Part shown: positions 27,535-38,035 of the stretch, piece by piece
Layout: each line of letters begins with the position of its first letter
Position numbering within the stretch: position 1 is the first letter of the stretch
Assembly: GCA_963785725.1 (NCBI GenBank)
Contig: CAWAWS010000007.1
Span: 672,001-736,000 of the forward strand
DNA length: 64,000 bases
Direction of reading: 5' to 3'
Source of the DNA: an uncultured delta proteobacterium
Lineage (GTDB): Bacteria > Myxococcota_A > Polyangia > Palsa-1104
Notes under the pieces: model-generated
What the model was told of the DNA's origin: nothing
The model's input: the letters and a program-made list of their open reading frames with translations, nothing else
The model's database searches: none
Program-made: the position numbers and the translations under genes

Positions 27535-28818
27535 ATGTCGGTTGCCAGCGCGCACTCGGGACGTGGAGAACGCCTCGATCGTTATGAGCTCCTCGAGCCC
27601 ATCGGTCGCGGCGGCATGGCCGAGGTCTTTCGCGCCCGCATGCAGTCGCTCGGCGGTTTCGAGCGCGACGTCGCCGTCAAAGTGCTGCTGCCGCAATTCT
27701 CCAGCGAGCCGGAGTTCGTCGACATGCTGCTCGACGAGGCGCGCATCGCCGGATCAATCGTGCATCCGTGCGTCGTGCAGGTGCTCGACGTCGGGCGCGC
27801 GGGCGAGACGTTCTATCTCGTCATGGAGCTCGTCGAAGGCATCGATCTGCGTACGATCGCGCGCAGCGTGCCGTCGGGCATGTTGCCGCTGCCGATGGCG
27901 CTGTACATCGTCGGCGAGGTGCTGCGCGGCCTCGGCGCCGTGCACGCGGCGGTCGACGATCGCGGCCGGCCGCGCCAGATCATCCATCGCGACGTCTCGC
28001 CCGCGAACGTGCTCATCGACGATTCGGGCGCGGTGAAATTAGGCGACTTCGGCATCGCCCACGCGTCGGGGCGGCTGACGCGAACGCGCGTGGGCTTGGT
28101 CAAAGGCAAGTCGCGCTACATGGCGCCCGAGCAGCTGACGGGTAAGCCCGTCGATCATCGCGCCGATCTGTACGCCGTCGGGGTCACGCTGTTCGAGGCG
28201 CTGCTCGGCGACGTCGCGCGCGAGTCGTCGTACGCGACGCCTTACGGCCCGATGTTCACCTGGCCGCGGGTGCTGCCGCCGGCGCGCGTGCCGGCCGACG
28301 TCGCCGCGCTCTTGCAGCGCGCCGTCGTCGACGATCCGCGGCAGCGCTTCGCCGACGCGGCGCTGTTTCGCCGCGCGGTGATGGCGGCGCTGGCGCAGCA
28401 CGCGCCCGGCTACGACGCCGAGGCCTTGGCGCACGATCTCAAGCGCCTGCGCGGCGAACGCTCCGACTTCGACAACGACGTCGAGACGCTGTGTGAGTCG
28501 CCCGACGTCGCCACGACGCGCAGATCGCGGCCCAAGCTGGCCGCGCTCGCCGACTCGGGTCCACTGCGCGTCGCGGCGCCGTCGCATGTCGCCGTCCGCC
28601 CGCGCACTGCGACGCCCATCGCCGCGCCGAGCTTGTACGACGACGATCCCGCCGACGGCCTCTTCGCCGTCGCCGAGCGTTCGGGCGGCTATCGCGCGCT
28701 GCCGTTCGCGCCGTCGTCGGCGCTGCGGCTGCCGCGCTCGCCGTCGGCGCGTTGGCTCGTGCTCGCCGTCTCGGGCGTGCTCACGGCCTTGGCGATCGCC
28801 GCCGCCATCGCCTTCTAA
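27535..28818 (+). CDS. Ser/Thr protein kinase with C-terminal TM
   Basis: GRGGMAEV, VAVK, HRDVSPAN, DFG, YMAPE. Confidence 0.93.
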   Translation: MSVASAHSGRGERLDRYELLEPIGRGGMAEVFRARMQSLGGFERDVAVKVLLPQFSSEPEFVDMLLDEARIAGSIVHPCVVQVLDVGRAGETFYLVMELVEGIDLRTIARSVPSGMLPLPMALYIVGEVLRGLGAVHAAVDDRGRPRQIIHRDVSPANVLIDDSGAVKLGDFGIAHASGRLTRTRVGLVKGKSRYMAPEQLTGKPVDHRADLYAVGVTLFEALLGDVARESSYATPYGPMFTWPRVLPPARVPADVAALLQRAVVDDPRQRFADAALFRRAVMAALAQHAPGYDAEALAHDLKRLRGERSDFDNDVETLCESPDVATTRRSRPKLAALADSGPLRVAAPSHVAVRPRTATPIAAPSLYDDDPADGLFAVAERSGGYRALPFAPSSALRLPRSPSARWLVLAVSGVLTALAIAAAIAF

Positions 28819-28852
28819 CCCGCGGCCAGCCGATCACGCTCGACGTAAATCC

Positions 28853-29890
28853 CTACTGGCACTTGACGTTCGACAACGTGCCGCCGCCCGAGACGGTGTC
28901 GTCGCAGCCGACGACGTTGCCGGTGGCGGCGGCGTCGGCGATGTTGACCGCGAAGTGCGGCGCTTTGATCTGCGCGCTGTTGCCGTGGAAGACGTTGTTT
29001 TGCCCCCAGCCTTTGACGGCGACGTGAACCTGAAAGCCGTCGGTGAGCGAGTCGACGCCGACGTTGTCCGCGAGCGTGTAGCCGTTGCCTTTGACGTCGA
29101 CCCACGAGTCGGCGAAGTTCTGTCCCGACATGCCGGTGCCGTCGAAGTGGTTGCCCTGAATGACGCCGCCGCTCGTGCCTTCTTTGATGTCGATGTTCTC
29201 GGCGCCCGTGTGATCGATCATGTTGTCGAGGATCTGGTTGTCGTCCGATTTGTCGGGCCCGCCGCTCCAGTTCGACTGCGCGCTGCCGATGTAAACGCCC
29301 TCGCCGAAGCCCGGTGACTCCTGCCCGGTGTAGCTGACGTGCGAGCCCTGCAAGATGTTGTGCGTGCTGGCGGCGCGGAAGTGAACGCCCTCCTGTTCCG
29401 TTTTCTCGACGGTGAGCCCGGTCAGCACGTTGTCGCTGGCGCCGTCGAGCACGATCCCCTTCTCGCCACCCGAGACGGTGAAGCCGGACAGCACCCAAAA
29501 GCTCGCCTGCACGTGCACGCCGTAGCCGCCGCTCGCTTGCAAGACGGCGTTGCTGCTGCCGCAGAGCGCGATCGGCAGCTTCGACGTGCCCGACTTGGCG
29601 GCCACGAAGTTGCCCTTGTAGGTGCCGTCGGCGAGCTGGATGAGCTGGCCCGGCTTGGCGGCGGCGAGCGCCGACTTCAGCTGCGCCGCGGTCGACACGT
29701 CGGTGACGCCGCTCTTGGCGTACGCGCTGCAACTGCTACTGCTGCTACCGGTTCCGCTGCCGCTGCCCTTGTGCTGCGCGGCGCTGTCGTCGCCGTCGGG
29801 CGCGTCGGCCGGCGCGCAGCCGGGCGCCACCAGCAGCGCCGTCGAGATCGCGAGCGTACGAACGAAATGGCCGAGCCGAGCTGTGCGCAT
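28853..29890 (-). CDS. Lipoprotein with right-handed parallel beta-helix (pectin-lyase-like fold)
   Basis: Lipobox APGC; AKPGQLIQLADGTY, GEGVYIGSA, ENIDIKEGT, DSWVDVKGN. Confidence 0.8.
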   Translation of the reverse strand: MRTARLGHFVRTLAISTALLVAPGCAPADAPDGDDSAAQHKGSGSGTGSSSSSCSAYAKSGVTDVSTAAQLKSALAAAKPGQLIQLADGTYKGNFVAAKSGTSKLPIALCGSSNAVLQASGGYGVHVQASFWVLSGFTVSGGEKGIVLDGASDNVLTGLTVEKTEQEGVHFRAASTHNILQGSHVSYTGQESPGFGEGVYIGSAQSNWSGGPDKSDDNQILDNMIDHTGAENIDIKEGTSGGVIQGNHFDGTGMSGQNFADSWVDVKGNGYTLADNVGVDSLTDGFQVHVAVKGWGQNNVFHGNSAQIKAPHFAVNIADAAATGNVVGCDDTVSGGGTLSNVKCQ

Positions 29891-29954
29891 GAGGTCCTCC
29901 TGTGGACGGCAGGAGGAGCCAGCAGCGCGCCCTTCGTAGCACTCTTTTTTGCGA

Positions 29955-31052
29955 TTATTTCGTGGTGCCGGCTTGGTAGTGCGCTTGGACGCGGCTCAGC
30001 GGCAGCGCCATCGCGTAGACGGCGACCTCATCGATGACGCCGTTCCAGCCGAGGGCGCCCGAGCCGTCGTTGAAGGCGCCGCCGATGCCGAGCCCGCTCG
30101 TGGTCGCGTCGCCGTGAACGACGTCGCCGCTGTTGCCGGCCAGCATCGTGTCGAGCGCGCCGTCGATCCACAGATTCATGGCCGGCGACGCGCTCTCGTC
30201 ATAGGTGCCGACGATGTGATAGGCCTGCCCGGTCGCGATGGTGGCCGCGCTCGTGATCGTCGCCGCCGTCGTTTTACCGCCTGCGTGCACGTAAAACACG
30301 ACGTGATTGTCGGTCAGCATGAACGAGTAGACGGGCACGACCTTGCCGCCGCCGTAGTCGTATTGCAGCACGGTCGCGCCTTCGTTGCCGCCCGCCGACT
30401 GCAGCCACAGCTCGACCGACAGCGCCGTCTTGGGCGCGAGCGCGACACCGGCGGCGCGCACGCTGTTGCCGGCCACCGCCGCGCCGCCGGGAAAGCCGGC
30501 CGCGCCGTCGGCCGTCGCCGCTGAGTCGGCGAGCGGGCTCGGCTGATGCCGCGTGACCGAGGCGCCATAGGCGCCGTCGAGCCCGCCGGCCGAGTCGACC
30601 GCTGTCGTGCCCGTCGCTTCGCCCAAGTGGTAATAAGCGACCGGTGAATCGGCGAGCACGACGCCGAAGTAGTCGCCGCTCGCGATCCCGCCGTCGCCGT
30701 TTGGCGACGCCGCGCAGTCGAGCGCGGCGTCGACGACGTGATGCGGCGTCACCATCACGCTGCGCGCGGGACATTCACCGACGGCGAGCTGATTGCGCAG
30801 CGGCGTCGCCGTGAACGTGACGTCGCCGATGTCGGGGCGAAACGTGGCCACGAGCTGCAGCGTCCAGTCGCTGCCGCCGGGCGCTGGCTCGACGTGCGTG
30901 ACCGTGCCGAGCGGGCCCGTCGCGGTGATGCTGACTTGGTCGGCGACGACGCTGCCGTGGATGGCGAGCTGCACGCCGGTCGTGTCGTCGCAGCCGCACA
31001 GGCCGATGACGGCGGCGCAGACGATGAAGCCGTGCTTAATGACGATAGACAT
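29955..31052 (-). CDS. LamG/concanavalin-A-like jellyroll lipoprotein
   Basis: LCGC lipobox; DSPVAYYHLGE, SVELW, HIVGTYD, GVIDEVAVY..AL. Confidence 0.85.
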   Translation of the reverse strand: MSIVIKHGFIVCAAVIGLCGCDDTTGVQLAIHGSVVADQVSITATGPLGTVTHVEPAPGGSDWTLQLVATFRPDIGDVTFTATPLRNQLAVGECPARSVMVTPHHVVDAALDCAASPNGDGGIASGDYFGVVLADSPVAYYHLGEATGTTAVDSAGGLDGAYGASVTRHQPSPLADSAATADGAAGFPGGAAVAGNSVRAAGVALAPKTALSVELWLQSAGGNEGATVLQYDYGGGKVVPVYSFMLTDNHVVFYVHAGGKTTAATITSAATIATGQAYHIVGTYDESASPAMNLWIDGALDTMLAGNSGDVVHGDATTSGLGIGGAFNDGSGALGWNGVIDEVAVYAMALPLSRVQAHYQAGTTK

Positions 31053-32451
31053 CGAGCAGGCCCGTCTGTCCGACGACCTTGTTCAGCTCGGCCGGCTTGT
31101 GGCTCGCCACGTGCGTGTTGCCGCCGTGATGCGCGTGGCGCGTGGAGTCGGCGCGCGGCGGATTGCGCGGCGCCGGCGCGCTCGCCATCGGCGCGCTCGC
31201 CGGCGGCTCGGCGGTCGCGGCGACGGTCGCCGGCGCGCTCGCTGTGACGGCCATCTCCAGCTCGGCGCTGGCGAGCCGATCGGGCGCGCTCGGCGCGTCC
31301 CAGCCGCTCGCCGCCGCCGGTCGCAACCTGCCGTCGCCGTAAGCGTTCGCGCCGATGGCCAGCGTCGGCTCGGCGATCGGCGGCCGCGCCATCGTGCCGA
31401 CGAGCAGCATCACCGCCAGCGCCGCCGCGCCGCCGGTCGCGATGACGAGCGGGCGCAGCCGTCGCGCCCGCGGCGGCGTCACGCGCGTCGCCGAGGCGCT
31501 CGGCCACTCGACCGCCGGCCGCGGCGGCGGCGACGGCTCGGCGATGCGCTCCTTCACGAGCGCGACGCTCGCGTCGGTCGACCACGGCGTCCGCACCAGC
31601 TCGCGCGTAAGGTCGCGCTCGAAGTCGCCGGCGCTGCGATAACGCCGCGCCGGATCGGCCGCCAGCGCCTTCATGACGATCGCCTCCAGCGCCGGCGTCA
31701 CGTCGGGATTCCACTGCGACGGCGACGGAATCTCGCAGCGCATGTTGAGCCAGATGAGCTGCCCCTCTTCGCTCGCCTCGAACAGCCGCCGATGCGTCAA
31801 CAGCTCGAACAAGACGACGCCGGCCGCAAAAATATCGACGCGATGATCGTAGCGACCGGGACGCAGCATCTCGGGCGCCATGTAGCCGAGCTTGCCCTTG
31901 ATCTCGCCCGAGCGCGTCCGCGCGATGCCGCGCGCCAACGCCGCTTTGGCGACGCCGAAGTCGAGCAGCTTCACCGTGCCGTCGCGCTGGACCATGACGT
32001 TGGAGTGGCTGACGTCGCGATGGATGATGCCGAGCGGTCGTCCTTCGCCGTCGCTGAGCGCGTGCAGATAGCCGAGGCCGCGACAGAGGTCGCGCACCGT
32101 CGCCAGCGCGAAGCCGATCGGCAGCGGCGCGCGGCCACGATTGAGCCGCCCGAGGTCGATGCCGTCGACCAGCTCCATCGCGATGTACGGCTGCGCCGCG
32201 ACGACGCCGACATCGAGCGTGCGCACGACGTTGGGATGCGCCAGGCTCAACGCCAGCCGCGCTTCGTACAAGAACATCTCGACGACCGGCAGCTCGTCGC
32301 ACAAGTGCGGCAGGATGCGCTTGACGGCGACGGCGGTGGTCGCGCCGTCGTCCCCGATGGTGAAGCCGCGCCAGACTTCGGCCATGCCGCCGTGCCCGAG
32401 CGACTGCACGAGCCGATAGCGACCAAACGGCGTGCCGGGCTGCGCGTCCAT
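31036..32451 (-). CDS. Ser/Thr protein kinase with TM and low-complexity tail
   Basis: GHGGMAEV, VAVK, HRDVSHSN, DFG, YMAPE. Confidence 0.93.
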   Translation of the reverse strand: MDAQPGTPFGRYRLVQSLGHGGMAEVWRGFTIGDDGATTAVAVKRILPHLCDELPVVEMFLYEARLALSLAHPNVVRTLDVGVVAAQPYIAMELVDGIDLGRLNRGRAPLPIGFALATVRDLCRGLGYLHALSDGEGRPLGIIHRDVSHSNVMVQRDGTVKLLDFGVAKAALARGIARTRSGEIKGKLGYMAPEMLRPGRYDHRVDIFAAGVVLFELLTHRRLFEASEEGQLIWLNMRCEIPSPSQWNPDVTPALEAIVMKALAADPARRYRSAGDFERDLTRELVRTPWSTDASVALVKERIAEPSPPPRPAVEWPSASATRVTPPRARRLRPLVIATGGAAALAVMLLVGTMARPPIAEPTLAIGANAYGDGRLRPAAASGWDAPSAPDRLASAELEMAVTASAPATVAATAEPPASAPMASAPAPRNPPRADSTRHAHHGGNTHVASHKPAELNKVVGQTGLLDVYRH

Positions 32452-32546
32452 CACCAAGTCCCTGTCGACGATGGTATGCAGTCCGCGCGACGCGAGCAAG
32501 CGACGCCGTTCCCACGCCCGTGGGCTTGCGTTACAGTCGAGCGTCG

Positions 32547-33155
32547 ATGTCGCTGCGGTCGCTGCTCCTCGTCGTCATGCTGCTGAGCTCGGCGAGCGTC
32601 GCGCGCGGTGATTCGGCCGGCCACTCGGCGCGCGAGGCGCGCGCGCATCTCGCCGCCGCCGATCGCGCGTTCAAGAAGGCGCGCTACGACGAGGCCTTGG
32701 CGCAGGTGCAAGCCGCCTATGCGATCGATCCGCGCCCCGAGTTCTTGATCGTGTTCGCGCAGATCTATCGCGCCATGGGGCAGCCGCGTCGCGCCGTCGA
32801 GGCGTGCGAGCTCTATCTGTCGACCGCGCCCGATGGCGCACGCGCCGCAGAGGCGCGCGCGCTCGCCAAGGCCGCCGCCGACGAGGTCACCGCCGCCAAG
32901 CCGGCCGAGGCGACCGCGGCGGCGCCGGCGCCGGTCGCGCCCACGCCCGTCGCCGAACCGGTCGCCGCCGTAAGCGTTCCGCCGGCCGCGTTGGCGGTCG
33001 CGACCGCGCCGGCGCCGCGTCGGCGCCGCACCGGGCTGTACGTCGGCGTCGCCATCGGCGCGGCGGTCGTCGTCGGCGCGGCGCTCGGCCTGGGCCTCGG
33101 CTTCGGCCTGCACCACGGCTTGCCGCACGTCTCGTTCGATCCGCCGCCGCACTAA
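32547..33155 (+). CDS. Secreted TPR protein with C-terminal hydrophobic segment
   Basis: Signal peptide; ARAHL..F..ARYDEAL..AY.IDPRPEFL..AQ. Confidence 0.8.
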   Translation: MSLRSLLLVVMLLSSASVARGDSAGHSAREARAHLAAADRAFKKARYDEALAQVQAAYAIDPRPEFLIVFAQIYRAMGQPRRAVEACELYLSTAPDGARAAEARALAKAAADEVTAAKPAEATAAAPAPVAPTPVAEPVAAVSVPPAALAVATAPAPRRRRTGLYVGVAIGAAVVVGAALGLGLGFGLHHGLPHVSFDPPPH

Positions 33156-34030
33156 TTCAAAGCGGCGCCGGGCTCGACCCGCCGAAGAAGCGGAACAGCG
33201 TCAGAATCGAACTGGCTCTTGACGTTGCGGATGATGCTGTCGCAATCGGCCAACGGCACGCGCAGCCGCTGCATGAGGTGCGCGCGCGTGCGCTCGAGCA
33301 GCCGTTCGCGCGCGGCCACGAGCCAGCGCGCCGTCGTCGTGCGATGCGCGCGATAGAGCGAGCCCAGCTGATCGATCGACAGACCGTCGAGGTAATGCTG
33401 CCGCAGTAAGTTCTTCTCGCGATCGTCGAGGCTCGTCAGCGCGGCGCCGAACGCCTCGGTGAACGCCGCGCGATGGCGCTGCTTGGCGCTCGCCTCGTGG
33501 TCGTCGTCGCGGGTCGTGATGCGCGCCAGCTGCTCGTCTTCGCTGGGCTGCTCGCGGCTCTCGCGCGTGATCAGCTTGTAGGCCGAGCGCACGGCGCTGA
33601 CCGCCAGCCACGAGCCGAGCGTGCCGCGCCCGCGAAACTGCGTGATGCGCAGCTGCCCGCCGACCTGATCGACGAACAGGTAAACCCGTAGTCGCTGTAG
33701 CAGCTCGTCGATGTCGTGGGCGTCGAGCCGCATGGCCAAGAGCGCGACGCGGGCCTTCGGCATGTAGTGCAGCTCGAACAGCCTGAGCGCCTCCGCGTCG
33801 CCATGGGCACAGGCGCAGGTCAAGTACAGCTCCTCGATCGCCAGCGACTGCGCGGTCACGACCATCGGCGCCCGCTCGGCCAAGAAGGCAGCGAACAGCG
33901 GCGCCGGCAGCGTGAACGACGACCAGCGCGCCTGCGCCTCGAGGTAGCGCCGGCGCAGCGGGTGCGCGGCCGTTACGTCGCGAAATGCGTCCAGAATCTG
34001 CTGAGTGGAGGAGTCCACGGATGTCGTCAC
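33152..34030 (-). CDS. Myxococcales-type sigma-70/ECF-like factor (start uncertain)
   Basis: ELYLTCACAHGD..AL..F, FRGRGTLGSWL..SAVR, region 4 LLRQHYLDGLSIDQLG.LY..HRTT.ARW. Confidence 0.8.
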   Translation of the reverse strand: MTTSVDSSTQQILDAFRDVTAAHPLRRRYLEAQARWSSFTLPAPLFAAFLAERAPMVVTAQSLAIEELYLTCACAHGDAEALRLFELHYMPKARVALLAMRLDAHDIDELLQRLRVYLFVDQVGGQLRITQFRGRGTLGSWLAVSAVRSAYKLITRESREQPSEDEQLARITTRDDDHEASAKQRHRAAFTEAFGAALTSLDDREKNLLRQHYLDGLSIDQLGSLYRAHRTTTARWLVAARERLLERTRAHLMQRLRVPLADCDSIIRNVKSQFDSDAVPLLRRVEPGAALN

Positions 34031-34083
34031 AGCAACGTTCGTGCCCGGTGTGCGGGCGTGGCGGCAGCGCCGATCCCGGCATG

Positions 34084-34099
34084 CGCATGGGGCGTGCCA
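34084..34099 (-). promoter_or_regulatory. Putative sigma-54 (-24/-12) promoter of the sigma-factor gene
   Basis: TGGCACGCCCCATGCG on the minus strand, GG-N10-GC. Confidence 0.5.
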
Positions 34100-34174
34100 A
34101 CCCAGGTGTAAAGTGGCGCGTGACAGCCTCGCTCTTGCCGGCGACGCGGCGGCAGTCGATGATGAGGTCGCAGC

Positions 34175-35830
34175 ATGAGCTCTTGCCTCAGCGACAGCGC
34201 CATCGCCGAGTTCATCCAAGGCGTGGCGACGGCCGAAGAGGCGCAGCTCGTCGAGGCGCACGTCGCCGACTGCCCGCTGTGCCGCAAGCTGGTGTCGGAT
34301 TTGGCGCCGGTGCTGCTGGCGCCGCCGTCGTCGTCGCCGTCGTTGCGGATGGCGCTGGCCGCGCCGGCGCGCGCGTCGCGTTGGCGCCGGCCGTTGGCGT
34401 TGGCGCTGGCGGCGTCGCTGCTCTTGGGCGGCTACGGGCTATATGCGTTGCGGCGGTCGCCGTCGTCGCTGGCGATCGTCGAGCGGGTGAGCGGCAGCGG
34501 CGACGGCGTGACGTTCGCGCTCGCCGAGCGGCTGCGGGTGACGCTGGCCGGCGCGCGCATCCGCGTCGTGCCCGGCGACGTCGTCGCGACGGCCGCGCAA
34601 GATCTCGGCGCGGCCGCCGACGAGCGCGCGTGGCGAGCGCGGCTGGGCGTGGCGCACGTCGGGTTCGTGGCGACCGAGACCGACGCGCGCGGGCAGATCG
34701 CGGCCACGCTGCAGCTCGCCGGCGCGCCGCCGATCACGGAGGCCGCGAACGATCTCGACGCGCTCGCCGATCGCTTGGATGCGCGGGTGCGCGCGCGGCT
34801 GCACGCGCCGGCCCTCAGCGACGCCGCGCGGCAGTCGGCGACGCGGCTGCTGCCGTCGGTGGCCGCCGAGACCGACTACGGCGAAGGCGTGGCGCGGGCG
34901 CGACGCGGCGACGCGGCGGGCGCCATCGCGCCGCTGACGCGCGCCGCCGCCGCCGACGCGCAGTCGCTCCTGCCGACGCTGCTGCTCGCGGAGACGCAGG
35001 CGGCGCTAGGGCTTCGTCAGGACGCCCGACAGACGGCGGCGCGCGCGCGATCGATCCTGAGCGCGACGCGCATCGAGGATGACGCGTTCATCGCGCGCAC
35101 GCTCGGCCTGTCGTCGCCGGCGGAGGCGGTGTCGGCGTTGCAGCGGCAGTGGCGGCGTTCGCCGGAGGCGTTCGAAGTCGGCGTGCAGCTCGTCGACGCG
35201 CAGCGCCGCTCCGGCGACGTGGCGGGCGCGGCGGCGACGCTCGCGGCCGTGCGCGCCGCCGCCGCCCACGCGCCGCCGGCGGCGGCCTCGGCGATCGCGC
35301 TGGCCGCCGCGCGCGTGGCGCTGGCCGCCGGCGACGCCACCGCCGCGCGCCGCTTCGCCGACGGGGCCACCGCGACGGCGACGGCAATCGGCGCGACGAG
35401 CACAGCCGTCGCCGGCCGGCGGCTCGCCAGCGCCGCCGCGCTGCTCGCCGGCGAAGTGGCCGGCGCGCGTGCCGCCGCTGCCGACGCCGTCACCCGCGCT
35501 CACGATCGCGTCGGCGCCGACGACTGGCTCGCGCTCGGCCTCGCGCAAGCCGCCGGTGATGCGCCCGAATTCGCCGCCGCGCAGCTCAGCTTCACGCACG
35601 CGTTGACGGTCGCCAAGGCGCACGAGCAGCGCGATCGCATCGCCCGCAGCCTCGACGATCTGGCGACGCTGGCGCTGCGGCAGGGCCAGCGCGCGCAGGC
35701 GGCGACGTGGCTGAACGAGCTGGTCGCGCTCAGCCAACGCGCGGGGGAGCCCGGCGCCGAAGCGGCGGCGCGGCGTCTGTTGGCCGCCAACGCCGCCCCC
35801 CCGACACCGCCGAACGCCGCGTCGCCGTAG
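34175..35830 (+). CDS. zf-HC2 (anti-sigma-like zinc finger) + TM + Ala-rich TPR-like protein
   Basis: N-terminal HVADCPLC (HxxxCxxC); one TM; helical repeats; divergent from the sigma gene. Confidence 0.72.
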   Translation: MSSCLSDSAIAEFIQGVATAEEAQLVEAHVADCPLCRKLVSDLAPVLLAPPSSSPSLRMALAAPARASRWRRPLALALAASLLLGGYGLYALRRSPSSLAIVERVSGSGDGVTFALAERLRVTLAGARIRVVPGDVVATAAQDLGAAADERAWRARLGVAHVGFVATETDARGQIAATLQLAGAPPITEAANDLDALADRLDARVRARLHAPALSDAARQSATRLLPSVAAETDYGEGVARARRGDAAGAIAPLTRAAAADAQSLLPTLLLAETQAALGLRQDARQTAARARSILSATRIEDDAFIARTLGLSSPAEAVSALQRQWRRSPEAFEVGVQLVDAQRRSGDVAGAAATLAAVRAAAAHAPPAAASAIALAAARVALAAGDATAARRFADGATATATAIGATSTAVAGRRLASAAALLAGEVAGARAAAADAVTRAHDRVGADDWLALGLAQAAGDAPEFAAAQLSFTHALTVAKAHEQRDRIARSLDDLATLALRQGQRAQAATWLNELVALSQRAGEPGAEAAARRLLAANAAPPTPPNAASP

Positions 35831-35946
35831 CGGTTTGCAGCGCGCGCTGGTGATCGCGCAGAAATAAATGCGACAGGTCGGCAAGTCCGGCTCTACCTGG
35901 CGGCGAAGCGCTCAACGCTCGCCGCCACCCGAGCCAGGAGAGCTTC

Positions 35947-38028
35947 ATGTTCGCTGCTTCCGCCTTCGTCTTTCGCCGCCGCGCTGCCTGCTTGGGCGCG
36001 GCCTTCGCCGCCTTCGTCGCCGCCGGCTGCACGTCGCCGGCGGAGGATGCGTCGTCGCTGCCGCTCGACGCCAAGGCGTCGCACCTCGTGACCTTGCGCG
36101 TGCTGGCGAGCGGCCACTACGTGCGCGCGGTGAACGGCGGCGGCGGCGACGTCGATGCCGACAGCGCGACCGCGGCCGCCGACGAGACGCTGCGGCTGTA
36201 TGACACGGCGAACGACGCCACGATCGCCGACGGCATGAAGGTCGTGCTGCAGGCGCCGAACGGCGATTACGTCGGCCTGACGTCGCACAAAGGCACGGCC
36301 GTGGACGCGACGAGCAAGTCCACGAGCTCCGAAGATCGCTTCGTGCTCGTCGATCTGACGCATCCGAAGGGCGCGGTCGTGACCGGCGATCAGGTGGCGT
36401 TCGCGACGACCAAGAGCCTGTATCTGTCGGCGGCGACGGCGAGCCCGATGAGCGGCGACGCCAAGTCGATCGGCGCGACCGAGACGTTCGTCGTCACCTT
36501 CGCCGACGCCGCCACGCCGAGCGGCGACATGGGCGCAGGCGCAGACGGCGGCAGCGCCGGCGGTGGCGGCGCGGGCGGCGGCGGCGGCGCCGGCGGCAGC
36601 GGCACCGTCGTGGGCGCGCGCGATCCGTCGGGCTTCTTCCATCCCGGCGTCGTCGTGACCGCGGGCGGGCTCGATTCGGTCAAGGCGCGCCTCGCCGCCA
36701 ACGATCCCGACTTGACGGCGGCGTTGGCGGCGCTCTTGCGCGATCTGAACGACACGACGCTGCCCGCGTGCCCGGCCGAGGACGCGTCCGGCCGCTGCCA
36801 CCTGCCGACGACGCCGGCGGCGCCGAGCGGCCACGTCACGGTCACGTGCGGCTCGCACTCGGCCGCGCCCGCCGGCGACACCTCCTGCGACGACGAGAAG
36901 TCGAACGCGCTCGCCGCCTACACGCATGCGCTCGCCTGGTACCTGCAAGGCGACGAGACGGAAGCGCAGACGGCCATCACGTTCCTCGATGCCTGGAACA
37001 ACGTCACCACGCACACCGGCTACACGTTGAACGGCACCTACTCCGACAACTCGCCCTTGCAGTGCGGCTGGACGGGCACGTTGTGGGCGCGCGCGGCCGA
37101 GCTCATTCGCTACACCTATCCGTCGACGAAGTACGCCAAAGGCTGGTCGGAGACGCAGGCGACGGCGTTCGGCGCCATGTTGACGCGCGCCATTCGGCCG
37201 TACGTCATCACGCCGGCGACGGAGAACGGCAACTGGGAGCTGAGCCAGGCCGACGCGCTCATGCAGATCTCGGTCTACAACGATCAGCTGGCCGACTTCA
37301 AAACAGCGGCCAAGAACTGGCTCCAGTTCATCAAGTACTACGTTTATCTGCAGGCGGACGGCAAGACGCCCAAGGCCGGCAACGACGTCTTCGAGTGCAC
37401 CAAGAACGGCAAGTCGTCGAGCGGCTGCGGCGTCGATTATTGGTGGGGCTTGGCCAATGCCAGCGGCTTGGCCGACGGCACGGCGCAGGAGACCTGCCGC
37501 GACCTCGAGCATGTGCAGTACGGCCTCGGCTCGGCGGTGAACGCGGCGGAGACGGCGGCGATTCAGCAGATCGCGGGCGTCGATCTGTACGGCGACACCT
37601 CGGTGCAAGGCGGGCAGCGCCTCTACGCGGCGCTCGAGTTTCAGGCCGGCCTGTTGAAGGGGCGCAGCAACTACGACATCGGCGCCGACGGCAAGAACGC
37701 GGACATGGCGCTCGTGCCCGCGCCCAGCCTGGCCTACAGCTGCGACGGCACCAACGGCTTCACCAAGGAGTCGACGGGGGCGACGCCGGCGCAGATCGCG
37801 GTGGTCGACTATGACGCGACGAAGCAGTCGAGCTATCCGGTGCAACCGATGTGGGAAGAGGGCTACAACTACTTCGTCAACGTGGCCAAGAAGCCGATGC
37901 CGAACACGGCCGCGCTGCTCACGCCGACGGCGAGCTTCAAGGGCAATCGGCCGACGCTGGCGTCGCATCCGCTGGCGTGGGAGACGCTGACGAAGCTGGG
38001 CGTGGGCGCGATCGGCTTCCCGCAGTAA
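35947..38028 (+). CDS. Lipoprotein: fascin-like beta-trefoil + alginate-lyase-like domain
   Basis: Lipobox AAGC; YVRAVNGGG/ETF trefoil motifs; FFHPG, NGNW, QETCRDLEH, WETLT. Confidence 0.78.
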   Translation: MFAASAFVFRRRAACLGAAFAAFVAAGCTSPAEDASSLPLDAKASHLVTLRVLASGHYVRAVNGGGGDVDADSATAAADETLRLYDTANDATIADGMKVVLQAPNGDYVGLTSHKGTAVDATSKSTSSEDRFVLVDLTHPKGAVVTGDQVAFATTKSLYLSAATASPMSGDAKSIGATETFVVTFADAATPSGDMGAGADGGSAGGGGAGGGGGAGGSGTVVGARDPSGFFHPGVVVTAGGLDSVKARLAANDPDLTAALAALLRDLNDTTLPACPAEDASGRCHLPTTPAAPSGHVTVTCGSHSAAPAGDTSCDDEKSNALAAYTHALAWYLQGDETEAQTAITFLDAWNNVTTHTGYTLNGTYSDNSPLQCGWTGTLWARAAELIRYTYPSTKYAKGWSETQATAFGAMLTRAIRPYVITPATENGNWELSQADALMQISVYNDQLADFKTAAKNWLQFIKYYVYLQADGKTPKAGNDVFECTKNGKSSSGCGVDYWWGLANASGLADGTAQETCRDLEHVQYGLGSAVNAAETAAIQQIAGVDLYGDTSVQGGQRLYAALEFQAGLLKGRSNYDIGADGKNADMALVPAPSLAYSCDGTNGFTKESTGATPAQIAVVDYDATKQSSYPVQPMWEEGYNYFVNVAKKPMPNTAALLTPTASFKGNRPTLASHPLAWETLTKLGVGAIGFPQ

Positions 38029-38035
38029 CTCCGTA

